This document shows, piece by piece, positions 26,773 through 45,179 of a DNA stretch of 64,000 nt. The notes beneath the pieces are model-generated. The model was given only the letters and a program-made list of their open reading frames with translations. It did no database searches and was not told the origin of the DNA. Position 1 is the first letter of the stretch. Every line of letters begins with the position of its first letter. The position numbers and the translations under genes are program-made. Source of the DNA: Eledone cirrhosa (taxonomy: Eukaryota); NCBI GenBank assembly GCA_964016885.1, contig OZ024743.1, forward strand, positions 223,758,001 through 223,822,000, written 5' to 3'.

Positions 26773-26935
26773 GTGATAATATATCGTTAAAAGAAATGGA
26801 GAAATTATCGAAATATAAACGCTCCTGAAATAGAAATAAGCAGATAATATAAAATACCAGTCAACCACGGTGGAAGATGTAAAGAGAAACTAATGCAATA
26901 GAAAATACAAAACCAAACAAGAACACTACAAATAC

Positions 26936-26983
<48 letters not shown>

Positions 26984-27160
26984 GAGAGGGGGAGAGGGAG
27001 AGAGAGAGAGATATAAAAGCATGCAGTAAAAATAAGATGGCTGAAAAAAATATCGGTTATTTTGTAAATGGGTGATTACATTTCTTTATATGTCGGTCAA
27101 GACATACACACACATCTTACTTTCTCTTTCAATCTACTAAGAGAAGAGTGAGAGATGGAG

Positions 27161-27193
<33 letters not shown>

Positions 27194-27400
27194 TAGATAG
27201 AGAGAGAGATAGAGAGATCAATATATCTATCTATCTTATTTTATATATAGTTTATTGTTATTTATTAATGTTAAAGTTATATGATTTTATGTAAAACCAC
27301 AGAGGTCACGTCTTGTAATATCACATTTTTTGTACGCCCTTGTAGCAAATAAAGAAAGATATCTATCTATCTACCTATTTACCTATCTATCTATCCCCCC

Positions 27401-27460
<60 letters not shown>

Positions 27461-27914
27461 GTGTGTGTGTGAGAAAGAGAGAGAGAGAGAGAGAAGAGGT
27501 AGACTAAAGCAGACAGGATGAGATAGTGATATCCAGGGAGATATGCTATTCACTATCACCGTTTTGATCTTTACTTTGTCAATAGGTAATGAAGAGTTGT
27601 TTTCCCATTAGATACGTTCCTACACAATTTATATGACATACTGGTAAGTGGAGTAATTGATTGTCTATACATTAGCAGCCCTGAACACGTGCCAAAAAGT
27701 AGAAACAATTATATATACAACCAACTATATACACATTAGGCTTCTCTATATACATACAGTTGTATGTACATTAGGTTTCCTTTATAGATATGAAATTACT
27801 AACAGATAATCACACTTGCACAATACAACACACACTGACACATTTGCATGCATATCATACATCCATACCATTCTATATGTATGTCTACCTATCTCTCTAT
27901 ATAAACGTGTGTGT

Positions 27915-27974
<60 letters not shown>

Positions 27975-28027
27975 ATATGAATATATATATGTATACATAT
28001 ATATATATATATATATACATATATATA

Positions 28028-28375
28028 TAAGTATGTACACGTACATACATATATGTATACAGACGTACAGTAGTATGTATATATATATACATACATGCAC
28101 ACATATATATATGTACGTATGGATTCACCGAACATTTATTATAATGCTCGGTGTGTTTGTAAACAAACATCCCGTATTAAGCCGTAGTGTCTAGCAACCA
28201 TCGTTGCTCGTTTGTTCAACACTGACAAAGGAACGCTGTACTAGTTTCAAGCTTATTAGCTATCGTCAGCAACGTATACCTTCCTGCCAGATTGTTGAAC
28301 GTATATACTTACCTTATGCATATTAACGGCTGAGTAGCCCAATTTGCATAGTATCAGCCTAAATACACCGAAACT
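28028..28375 (-). mobile_element. Retrozyme-like family A copy
   Basis: Homologous to 9950-10405; retains the HHR. Confidence 0.75.
28233..28275 (-). ncRNA. Minimal type I hammerhead (family A)
   Basis: ACGTTG-CTGACGA-TAGCTAATAAGCTT-GAAA-CTAG-TA-CAGCGT; G.U to U.G swap in stem I relative to the 10247 copy. Confidence 0.88.
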
Positions 28376-29825
28376 AGTGATTTTCAGAGGTTGACTGAGG
28401 ACATGATACTGTCCGTTTTCCGTTGTATTGTCCTGTGCACCCCTGCTTCGAACACACACACACACCCACACACATATATATATATATATAATGGATAGAA
28501 AACCAAGAACATTTTATGTCTTACACAAGAAAGATAAAAAATGGAAATGGTGAAAAGCCTCGCTCTAGATCCATTATTGATATAGATCGATGTCTATATA
28601 TTACAATCTGAACAATAACTCGACGAATCTGCTATGTACTATTAATTTCACTCAATCCAGTTTCCTTAGAGACTTCATAGAATATACAAAAATATACGAA
28701 AATAAACAATTTCAGGAAAAAACATAAAATTGGTGGTGTATATGAATGCTTTTCCTTGCTCATCTATTTTTTTGTTGAAACACGTGTAAAAAATAAAATG
28801 TCTTAAATTTCTTCATATTAGCTTTCTATCCATTATCTTTTATGTGGTCTGTATATCTGCATTCATTCAACCTGTCGGATTACTTACTTAGAGTTTAATA
28901 TTTTATACTGTGTGGATCATACTTGTGATTAATCGATTCCGTAATTTTTACTGAATTTGAAACTACATTCAGCTTGAAATCTTGTTGGTGTAACTTGCTT
29001 TTAGACTTGCTATGTATGTATGTACATAAGCTCTCTACATTCAGAACCACATCATGAGACTTACCCTCCCAAACCAATATCAACAACATACATTTTTTAC
29101 ATATATTCCCAAACTATCCTTATTCTTCTCTTTGCTGTTATCCCATTCTTATCAAAAGACATGTATCTTACACCACATTAACCCCCCCCCCCCCCCCACA
29201 CACACACCACCACCACCACCAGACACACACCTAAATTCATCTTTAATATAGAAAATTGCTGAAGGTATTCTTTATAAATTTTAGAGAGTTGATTCAGCTA
29301 TAAGAAACGAATTTGAAAAACATCCTGCCATTATATTCATCAAAGGTCATTTATTGAAATGGTGGAACCAGCAGGAGGGCACTTTTACAGCCCTTTCTTA
29401 AACACTCTTTTAAAAAAAAACAACGGCACACGCAATCAATTATCTTGCTGTCACCATTCACCATTTTCTGTGTATATATGTATATATGTGTATATGTGTA
29501 TATATATGTGTATGTATATGTGTATGCTTTAATTCCTTTAAATCTTCATCAACACTCCTTCACTCGCACACTCATTAACACCCCACCCCACCCCAGAGAT
29601 CTAAATCTCTCTTATATATAGAGTCACACATCACAACACAACCTGATCTCAGTTTGACAATGGCCACCGACGAATGCGAGAAATTTTTCCAGGAGTTAAC
29701 CAGGAATCCTTAAAAATCTTCCCACCGAAGTTAACAAAGAACTTACTAGATCTACCAACTCATATGATAATATTATAAAATTAAATCTTAGAACCACAAG
29801 TAAAGTCATTCTTTTCCTTTTTTCA

Positions 29826-29856
<31 letters not shown>

Positions 29857-30386
29857 TTGTGTTGGTTAGTGAATGACACTTCAGTATGCATGGTTGAGCG
29901 CTCAACGATGTGCGTAAGGTGGGTCTGTTTACCCCGGAGTAATTTAAAAACAAGAAGTGTAAATTTTAACCTGAAGACTTGCATGTGACTTACATATGTG
30001 TGTGTGTATGTATGTGTGTGGCTGTGTGTATATTTGTATATCTAAACAGGTAAGACTACACACACACACACACATACAGGTATATGGGTATATGTATGAT
30101 CACACATACACAGTACAATCCACACACATATGCACACTCATTTCACATAGAGCAAATGCATAAACACTCAATTAACAAACGCACACATACACGCATACAT
30201 ATAAACAGCAAGTCTATAGAGAGACAGAGTTACTCACAATGACACCTCTCCCACAGGAACCTAATTCCATATTGTACCATATAATGTGGTTTCTAAACTT
30301 AAAGCTAATGATAGTAAACTATTGATTCAACGAAATTGTTTTCCTTCTGTTGACCAACCCATCAATATGGCGTATATAAACATACG

Positions 30387-30489
<103 letters not shown>

Positions 30490-30496
30490 ATATATA

Positions 30497-30619
30497 TAAA
30501 TGGAAAAAATGAAATTTCATATCTCACTCTTAGTACGGCTGATACTTAAATATAAGTATGTATACGTACATACATATATGTATACAGACGTACAGTAGTA
30601 TGTATATACATACATACAT

Positions 30620-30650
<31 letters not shown>

Positions 30651-31127
30651 CGTATGGGTTTACCGAACATTTATTATAATGTTTGGTTTGTTTGTAAACA
30701 AACAGCCCGAATTAAGCCGTACAGTGTTCGGCAACCATCGTTGCCCTTTTGTTCAACACTGACAAAGGAACGATGAACTAGTTTCTAGCTTATTAGCTGT
30801 CATCAGCACCGTATACCTTCCTGTCAATCGATTATAATAAATGTTCGGTAAACCCATGCGTACATATATATATGTATATGTGTGCATGTATGTATGTATA
30901 TACATACTACTGTACGTCTGTATACATATATGTATGTACGTATACATACTTATATTTAAGTATCAGCCGTACTAAGAGTGAGAAATGAAATTTCATTTTT
31001 TCCATTTATCGTTTTCGGTACGCCCGGCGGACTAACTCACTCGATATGCAAATTAGGCTGCTCAGCCGTTAATATGCATAAGGAAAGTATATACTTTCAA
31101 ACTTTCAATCGATTGACAGGAAGGTAT
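30497..31127. mobile_element. Retrozyme-like family A copy with fold-back (minus 30497-30830, plus 30831-31127)
   Basis: Homologous to 9886-10410. The inverted part spans the tandem junction. Confidence 0.75.
30770..30812 (-). ncRNA. Minimal type I hammerhead (family A)
   Basis: ACGGTG-CTGATGA-CAGCTAATAAGCTA-GAAA-CTAG-TT-CATCGT. Confidence 0.82.
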
Positions 31128-31292
31128 TCAAAGAAGGGACCACTAATATTGCATGGGCAGTGTTGCTTAAGAATTGATCAATGTGCTGCGACTTCAGTCA
31201 CGAAGAAAAACTCAACACCATCCACTATAATACATCAAGCTTAAATTAAAAAAATCCCGCAACTATTTTGATTTTATTTTTGTTTAAATTTC

Positions 31293-31790
31293 TGAGATAA
31301 GAATGGTGACCATCATACGCCAATGAGTGACAAAAAAGATACAATCGTAGAATATTAAGAATGAGTAACGCACCTCAAATTATATTCACATAAAATAAAA
31401 AAAATTACCTTTTGTTTTCTGCGTTTGTTCTTTTACTAACAAACAAAGAAACCATACTAAATTCAAGATATTTGTTCTATTGTTTCGTGTTATTGTCTAC
31501 CCCCAAGTCAGCTTTACGCGGACAGTCTTATGATCAAATACCTTCCAGCCATGACTGCCCCGACTTGTCAGACATTTTATCTCAAACTACATCAACCAAT
31601 AATGTTGTTCCTTTAAAATACAAATTATGCTAAAGTTTGATTTGATAGAAACTTGGCTGTTATTTTTAGCGCCACGTATAGTCTCCATCGCTGGCTCGAT
31701 ACTATGTCTACTTCATTTAGTTTCTTAATATCCTACAATCGTATTTTTTTGTCGCTTATTGGTGTATGATGGTCACCATTCTTATCTTAG
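31293..31790. mobile_element. MITE-like element with ~70-bp terminal inverted repeats
   Basis: gataagaatggtgaccatcatacgccaat...attaagaa at 31296-31361 is inverted at 31722-31787. Confidence 0.55.
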
Positions 31791-32494
31791 ATTTACTTAA
31801 AATCAAATAATAAAAAAGCAATAATCTGCTTTTTCAGTTTTCTTTTTTATTTTACCTTATTTCTTTTACATTTCATTTATTATTCTAAAAGTAATTAAGA
31901 TTTCATATGATTAAATAAATCGATATTTAATGTTTACACACACATACATATTATTTGGTAAGGAAATAATTACAATTAAAGCAGGGTAATCAATACATCT
32001 AGTAGAGTGCATATGTGTATTTTTGTATACTAGAATTTTTTTCAACTCGCTGATACGTATGTGTATAAGTGAGTGTGTGTATGTGCATATGCATACATTT
32101 ATATGTATGAGTATATAAATATAAACGCGCAAACACAGACACACATACAAACATACACACTCACAGACATACATTCACACAAATACACATACATTCACAC
32201 AAACACATACATACATTCACACAAACATACATTTATACAAACACACACTCACACAGCGTAGCAAACGAAAAGCCAGTAGTTGCTTTACTAAATTTTTTCA
32301 CCATCCCCTTCCTTCCTTTTACACACACAAACCTTCCCACAAACACACACACATTGCGTAACGGAGGGAAATCGCTTAAATTTATATATACATATAAACG
32401 GGTTCTACAGGATTAAATTTTCTCTCACGCGAATTCTTTAGGAATGAAACAGAGGTAGTTCTTTAAGAATCATTTAGTCAATATATTTGTCCCC

Positions 32495-32578
32495 GTGCCC
32501 GATGAGACGTCAGTTTGGAAGTGTCTCCTCCAATATACAGTGGTGGTCATAACTGGACCCCGAAACCAATGGTTATAC
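32495..32578 (+). ncRNA. U4C hammerhead-like motif
   Basis: CCGATGA-(TCAGTT...AACTGG)-GAAA-CCAATGG-TT-ATAC; weak stem I. Confidence 0.45.
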
Positions 32579-32741
32579 ATACATGTTAAGTTTATGATAC
32601 ATTATTTATACTATATATATACTAGATCTACCAAACTCATAATATTATAACATTAAATCATAAATTTTTTAACACTACAAGTGAAGTCATTCTTTTCTTT
32701 TTTTCAAATATACCTAACTGTACCAAGGATCTCACACATTT

Positions 32742-32828
<87 letters not shown>

Positions 32829-33017
32829 AGAATGAAACGAAATTTCATTTCTCACTCTTAGTACGGCACTTACTTAAGTGTAAGTATGTATGTATGTATA
32901 CGTACATACATATATGTATACAGACGTACAGTAGTATGTATATATATACATACATGCACACATATATATATGCACGTATCGTAAACAAACAAACAGCCCG
33001 AATTACGCCGTACAGTG
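32829..33017 (-). mobile_element. Retrozyme-like family A fragment
   Basis: gaaacgaaatttcatttctcactcttagtacggcacttac... closely matches 9905-10005. Confidence 0.7.
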
Positions 33018-33051
33018 TAATTTCAACTTTCTGGCCTCATGTAACTTTATT

Positions 33052-33175
<124 letters not shown>

Positions 33176-33244
33176 CTCCCTCCCGAATGAAACAGTTCTA
33201 GTCCTGTAGAAGCCATTTCTATATTATATATATATATATATATG

Positions 33245-33621
33245 TCTTTCAAAATTTTTATTTATTAGATATACCATATATCTTTTGATACACGAAAATT
33301 CACATACATATATGTATACAGCTATGTTGAAGCTAAATTTTAGTTCTACTTTTAAGTTGAGCCAGCTTATACAGCTTCGTATGCAAATTAGGCTATTCAG
33401 TCCACCTACACAAGTGAAAGTACTATATATTCTCGCCTGTTTTCAAGTTCCAACAGAAGACAGTTAACCCTCGCTGCTTCTGCTAGAATCTGCCTTTCAA
33501 TATCTGCCTTTCAATATTCATAGCTTGGCTTTCAAAATGTTTATTTATTAAACATACCGTATATCTTTAGATATACGAAATTCACCTACATATATGTATA
33601 GTTATGTTGCAGCTAAATTTT
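33245..33621 (+). mobile_element. Family B copy, tandem, HHR segment deleted
   Basis: Reverse-complement similarity to 20640-20840; internal direct repeat 33245-33340 / 33528-33621. Confidence 0.6.
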
Positions 33622-33971
33622 GAATATATATATAAATACATTGACAAATAAAGCCCCAAACTACTAACTATATAATGTGTAACGGAATATTATGTGTGGT
33701 TGTAACGACAAGTGGATGGATGGATGTAACTGTTGGTATGGTGGTTTCGGTGCAAATAAAAATACCAAGAGTGTTGTTACAAAGTTTATTTTATTACAGC
33801 AATATTCAATTTGAATATTGAATGATAAAATAATTGACACAAAATATTCATACAATAATTTGGTGGCTCTTCGAGCCACGTAGATTCAAATATCACAGAA
33901 TACGATTATAATATGTGTAAACAGAAATGAATGGTGCGTGTACAAATGTTGGACTCACTATGAATTGCGTG

Positions 33972-34392
33972 TGTGCGGCGTATCAGTATATTTACTTATT
34001 TGTATTGCAGGAGTCAGCGATCAGCCAGGAAGGTGAGAATAAGTGGTAGACTGGTTTTTCGTGACGAGAGCCTGTAAATGAGACTCGTCTTGTCTGTATC
34101 CACTGCTTTTCTGTCGGGGCGTGAACAACCCCTGTATTTATAAGAGTTGAAGTTAGAAGGATAGATATATCCTCTGAACTTTGGTTAGTCTCCCAAGGGA
34201 TTAGTTTGCCAAGCGTAAACAAGTCAGAAAGATGGATATATCCTCTAACCTATTTTCTGTCAGGCGGAAACACCTCTGACCTGTGTTTAGCCTCTCCCAA
34301 GGGGTTAGTCTCTTGAGCGTAAACAAGTTACCACGGCTTGTCCCAGAGGCGGGAAAGCTCAGATTCGGTTTCGAATCTTCGCCGCCGTTATA
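33972..34392 (-). mobile_element. Possible solo LTR
   Basis: Termini tataacggcg...cgccgcaca, internal ~55-bp direct repeats, TATA-like ttataaata and an A-rich 3' part; no clear TSD. Confidence 0.3.
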
Positions 34393-34648
34393 AATGTTTT
34401 AATTTACGTGCATTTCATCCTTGATATTAAGGATGAAACGCACGTAAATTAAAATATATAGTTAGCAGTGTTTGGCTTTATTTTTCAATGTGTTTCTTAC
34501 TCTACGTGTATTCATAATCGTTTTCATTGGCATTCCATAATGTTCTATAAAATTGTATGTACCCGTGTGTATGTAATCAATCTCGTATTTTTTAGCTTTA
34601 TAACTTCTAAACCTACAATTATCTGTTTTCGTATTCGAAAACGTATTA

Positions 34649-34700
<52 letters not shown>

Positions 34701-35244
34701 CGCCGAAACATCTATGATCCGCCGTAAACAGCTGACGAGGGGCAACCTTTCTTCTCTTGTTTACGTCCCTATTACCTTCTTACACTTCGTTTTCAGTAAC
34801 CACACAGCCTACCTCTTTTCCTATATATATATATATTAGAATTGGAGCTCTGAAATAGCAATATATACGGTCTTCAAAATGCTTTTAATTAAGCATAAAG
34901 TGTATTGCAAAATACATTATATATACATCCATATATATATTGCTATTTCAGAGCTCCAATTCTAATTTTTAATTTCTGCCTGACCAACAACCGCTCTGCA
35001 TAATCAGCTCCTGATTATTTACTAGATTTCTATAAGAATATAACATTAATGATCTCAGTAGACAGGTAGGGTAGTTGGCCTTGATAAGCTTCAACCAAAG
35101 CGAAACAAGTCTCGTCGGCTTATCTCCCCTGTTTGCTGAGATCAAAGTGAGTGAATTTGTCACTACTTTAAAACAATAGCTTACGGTCTTCAAAATGCTT
35201 TTAATTAAGCATAAAGTGTATTGCAAAATACAATATATATACAT

Positions 35245-36741
<1,497 letters not shown>

Positions 36742-36908
36742 TATTACTCCAAATGTTTACAACATAGGAATTACAGCATACCCGCAGCATCACTATGAAA
36801 ACGCCTTGTTGAGTCAAACCAAGCCAAGCGTTAATATAATCCACTACCTGGAATACCATAACTGGACTTCACCTAAGTGGACTGCATTTAACTATTATTT
36901 GTTAATCC

Positions 36909-36950
<42 letters not shown>

Positions 36951-36952
36951 GG

Positions 36953-37030
<78 letters not shown>

Positions 37031-37039
37031 AAAGAATAG

Positions 37040-40129
<3,090 letters not shown>

Positions 40130-40302
40130 ATATAGAACGGCTTCTAGAGGACTTGAAGGAAATCATCACGGGTTTTCCTGATGATTTCCTTCGAATGAAA
40201 CAGTTTTAGTCTTGTAGAAGCCATTTCTATATTAAATATTGTATATACTCTACTATTTATTGAGTTCCTTACTTACTGTGGTTATCCCCGATTAAAGCCG
40301 GG

Positions 40303-40499
<197 letters not shown>

Positions 40500-41181
40500 T
40501 AACAGATTAACAAAGAATCGTTGCTTTCACCCTTAGCGGGATCTTCTGAAACTATATATTTATCCTTATCGAGCCCTCTTTGGATTTTAGTCTTCAAATG
40601 TATTATTATTACTATGCCGAGGTTGACTTTGCCTTTCATCCTTATGGGGTCGATAAAATAAAGTACCAGTAATGCACTGGGTAATTGCTGGCCTTGTGCC
40701 TAAAGTAGAAACAATTATTATATATATATATATATATATATATAGTAATTGTTTCTACTTTAGGCACAAGATAGTAAAGAATCATCTGTATTCTACCAAC
40801 ATGCTAAAATAGAACACAAGGGTAAATTAGAGAACATAGAAATAAAAATAGAATCTACACACAGAAAAGACGCAATGTTTAGACAAATCACAGAGGCAAT
40901 AAACATAAATGATCTCCAACCAAAATTAAATAGAAAGCATGAATGGAATAGCAACATCACAACTTACAATTAAGGACAAAATGAAAACACACACACACAT
41001 AGAACAAACAACCAACCAGTAACATGTAAATAAACAAATAAATAAACAAATATAAACACACACAGACACCCGGATGTAACACATGCGCAAACTAAGCACA
41101 CAACACACTCTAAAACAAGATGGCGTAGGACAGAACAAAGGAGAGGCATAAAAACAAAGAAAAGAATCCCCAGAATCCCCA

Positions 41182-41224
41182 GTCACTGAAGAGGTCACAG
41201 AATGTGTGACGAAAGAACTTTGAC
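41182..41224 (+). ncRNA. Type I hammerhead (PLE-4 upstream pLTR)
   Basis: GTCA-CTGAAGA-GGTCACAGAATGTGTGAC-GAAA-GAAC-TT-TGAC. Confidence 0.8.
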
Positions 41225-43269
41225 AATATATGAACAATCGTCTGGTTGTGGAACCAGCCAACCAACCGGAAATTTATAAATTCCTAAATTTATAAATTTA
41301 ATTTATAATAAATTGAAGTGAAAGCAACTGGTGCGTGTGTTTCTTATTGGCAACATAACCCTCCCAAAGTATAACTATATCGGTTTCAACACACGTTTTC
41401 AGATAAAGAATCTTGCTAAACAAATTCAGAAACGATTGGGCATATGTTTTTTCATTAAATTTGAACATTTATACTGGCCTCCACCGCATGTGCAATCATT
41501 TTCTTTAGTTCATCGTGGTTTTCGGGGGTCCGTATGGCTCTGGTCCACCCGTTCCATCTATCTGTGTGGGTTTTTCCCCTATCCTCATGCTCTTGTGGTG
41601 TTACTTCTCTTGTGTTAGTGATGTGGGGTTGCAAGTGATGTGGAGTTGCAAGAAAACCCACACAGATAGATGGAACGGGTGTACCAGAGCCATACGGACC
41701 CCCGAAAACCACGATGAACTAAAGAAAATGATTGCACATGCGGTGGGGGCCAGTATAAAATTAACCCTTAAGGAACATATGTTCAAATTTAATGGAAAAA
41801 CATATGCCCAAGAGGAGGGAGCAGCCATTGGTGCTAGCATTGCAGGTGACATAGCTAACCTATTCATGGTATGGTGGGACAATAGACTTAAACTTAAATT
41901 TAAAGAACAATTAGATGACAGCAACCTCTTAACCCTGATAATGTACTCCCGCTACGTTGATGATATAAACATCGTAGTAAAAACACCCCCACTAGAGAAC
42001 AGTCAGGAATTAGAGAAAAACACCGTGGAAAGCATCCAGCAAATAGCTAACTCCATCCACCAGAGTATTAGAGTTACTATAGACTACCCAAGGAAACACC
42101 CCAACCATCGATTACCTGTACTAGACACAGAGCTCTGATTAGATACTATCAATAACAAAAAACAAATCCTCCATTCCCATTATGCCAAACCCATGACTTC
42201 CAAATATCTGATCCACCGAAACTCAGCTGTTTCGGACCACACCAAAATCAACATACTGATTGCAGATTTGGTACGGGTGATGAGAAATGTGTCCCGCATG
42301 TGCAACCCCAAAGAACTAGAGAGACACATACAACACTTCATCCACCGTATGCAGTTCTCTGGTTACAACCAGAGAGATAAGATCAGAGTATATAGAGGAG
42401 CCAGAACCAAATGGGAAAAAATGGTAAATAATGATACAAATGGGACCTGCCCCTTGTATAGGAGCAAATTTTCGAATAGAATAGAAAGAACTAGGAAGAA
42501 GGTTAATAGAATAAACTCATGGTATGATAGCAATAAATACCAGAGTGTAATGTTCATCAAGACAACCCCTAGAGGTGAATTAGCTTACAAATTCAGAAGG
42601 GCCCTAGATAAACATAAACTCAATATTAAGATAGTAGAAAGACCAGGTACCTCCATAAAAACACTTATTAGCAAAGACCACCCTGTATAGATAAGAAATG
42701 TATAATCTGTAAACTAAGCTCCCATATTAACTGTAAAACTAGAAATGTAGTATATAGCATAAGATGTACTGAAGGACAACGTAGAGACAAAAATATAGTG
42801 TACATAGGTGAGACAGCTCGTAGTATAGGAGAACGGATAAATGAACACTGGCGAGAGCTTCAAGAAAGTAAAGAATCATCTGTACTCTACCAACATGCTA
42901 AAATAGAACATAAGGGTAAATTAAAGAACATAGAAATAAAAATAGAATCTACACACAGAAAAGACGCAATGTTTAGACAAATCACAGAGCCAATAAACAT
43001 AAATGAACTCCAACCAAAATTAAATAGAAAGCATGAATGGAATAGCAACATCACAACTTACAATTAAGGACAAAATGAAAACACACATAGAACAAACAAC
43101 CAACCAGTAACTTGTAAATAAACAAATAAATAAACAAATATAAACACACACAGCCACCCGGATGTAACACATGCGCAAACTAAGCACACAACACACACAA
43201 AAACAAGATGGCGTAGGACAGAACAAAGGAGAGGCACAAAAACAAAGAAAAGAATCCCCAGAATCCCCA

Positions 43270-43312
43270 GTCACTGAAGAGGTCACAGAATGTGTGACGA
43301 AAGAACTTTGAC
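43270..43312 (+). ncRNA. Type I hammerhead (PLE-4 3' end)
   Basis: Identical to 41182-41224. Confidence 0.8.
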
Positions 43313-43508
43313 AATATATGAACAATCGTCTGGTTGTGGAACAAACCAACCAACCGGAAATTTATACATTTAATTTATAATAAATTGAAGTGAAAGCAAA
43401 TGGTGTGTGTGTTTCTTATTGGCAACTTGACCCTCCCAAAGTATAACAATATATATATATATATATTAATATATGTGAGAAAAACCACAGACCCTCCATC
43501 TCAACTCA

Positions 43509-43546
43509 CCTTTTGAAAAGCAGAAGAACTGCGAAACCGGTAAAGG
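43509..43546 (+). ncRNA. Hammerhead with U3-A8 core covariation
   Basis: CCTT-TTGAAAA-GCAGAAGAACTGC-GAAA-CCGG-TA-AAGG; all helices perfect. Confidence 0.8.
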
Positions 43547-43770
43547 AACCAAATAAATATATATATTTTTAAAAAAAATAAGACTACAGTTGCATTTTCG
43601 ATTTCATATCTTTTTCTTTATATATATATATATAAAATATTATTTATACTTATATATACACTATATATAATTATAAACAGGAAAGTTCAGTAATTCATTA
43701 CTACCTTATTACCAGTAAGAAAAATAGCTCAATGTAAATACATCAGATGTTTTACAGAGCCGGAATATGA

Positions 43771-43832
<62 letters not shown>

Positions 43833-43920
43833 GTGTGTGTGTATGTATGTATGTATGTATATATATATATATATATATTTCTACAAATTTGTGCCTGTAA
43901 AGATATGAAAAGTTATTTAC

Positions 43921-44024
43921 CTGGTAACGGGATTGCTATTTCTACTGGCATTCACCTGTGCCGCCGCTGGACCGGATATTAGAACTGTATTAAACAAACA
44001 CCATAGTATTCGTATTGCCACCAT
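43921..44024 (-). CDS. Cys-loop ligand-gated ion channel (glycine receptor/GluCl-like) subunit, first coding exon (signal peptide)
   Basis: ATG at 44024 reads [34 protein letters not shown](R): hydrophobic core with an AAA cleavage site. Ends AG|gtaaat in phase 2, matching the phase-2 acceptor of the exon at 21202. Confidence 0.75.
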
Positions 44025-44216
44025 ATTTCAGTTTGTTTTCTTGAATGATTGTTTTATTACTATCGAACTGTGTCTATTTGTTTGGATGATTTTCTAGCTG
44101 ATTGATTATTCTACTCGTCACTTTTTCTGGAGGCAAACAAAATATATTTCAAAATTGTGGTCTTTTGAAAGCTAATAGTTAACAGTTGTGTGTATTTGAT
44201 GAAATCAACAGCCTAC

Positions 44217-44605
44217 CGTTTGTTCGTATTCGTCGGTCGTCTGCTGAATAATGAAATCTGGTTTTGCTCACGAACAATCAAGTTTGAACATCGTCAAAAT
44301 GTGTGGCAATCGTCATTGGACTTGTGGACTTTTCGTTTATTTCTGCAATAGATTTTTCACACCTCAGTACTATTATTACCGCAACCATCACCAACACCAC
44401 TACCACCATCATCAACACCTATACAATAGGTACCATAGCTGCTACTAAAGCCACCTCCTTCAACACTGTTGTCAATTATATTGCTGGTGCTGCTGTTATT
44501 GTTGTTGTTGACGTTATTATTGTTTCGAAACTGCTATTGTTATTGTTGTTGTTGCTGCTGCCGTTTATACTTGTTAGAAGAATGTCCACTATTTCATGAT
44601 ATTAT
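44217..44605 (-). other. Possible 5'UTR exon of the LGIC gene
   Basis: Acceptor ttattttcag at 44606-44607 and donor CG|gtaggc at 44216. A 90-bp intron then ends in tttgtttgcctccag at 44127, upstream of the ATG. Splice-signal inference only. Confidence 0.35.
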
Positions 44606-45058
44606 CTGAAAATAATTTAATCATAGATATATTACATTATAGATATATTATATTACAATACATAATTATGGCCATACATGCATGCATACATGATGGCTGC
44701 CCCCTCGTTATCGAGTATGGCCATTGCACGATATAACATTATTAATAATTATTAATTAATTCTATCGTGCAATGCCTGTGCGTGAAGATTTTTTTTAAAG
44801 TGAGGAAAGACTGTTCATTGAGCCAATCCCACTCTCTGAGCGACAGTAGCTATAACCCGAAAAGAAGACAAGATTAACATCATCGGTTACTACTGAGCCG
44901 TAGGTTTTATGTTGGAGTTATCCCAGTTTTCTGAGTTGTCTTCTCCTAGAAGAATGCCCTGACAAAGGCTAGGGGTCCTTCACTCCCAGTGGTTTAACCG
45001 CGCGATCGGGTATCCAGCCCAATTATTTCTATGTCATATACATACACATGTATACATG

Positions 45059-45179
<121 letters not shown>

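Larger units (their letters stand above)
40773..43450 (+). mobile_element. Penelope-like element PLE-4 with upstream direct pLTR
   Basis: 41590-43067 encodes RT (QEEGAAIGASIAGDIANLFM, YSRYVDD) and GIY-YIG (NVVYSIRC...VYIGETARSIGERINEH), with stops. 40773-41380 directly repeats 42867-43450. A short inverted ORF segment lies at about 41440-41580. Confidence 0.92.
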
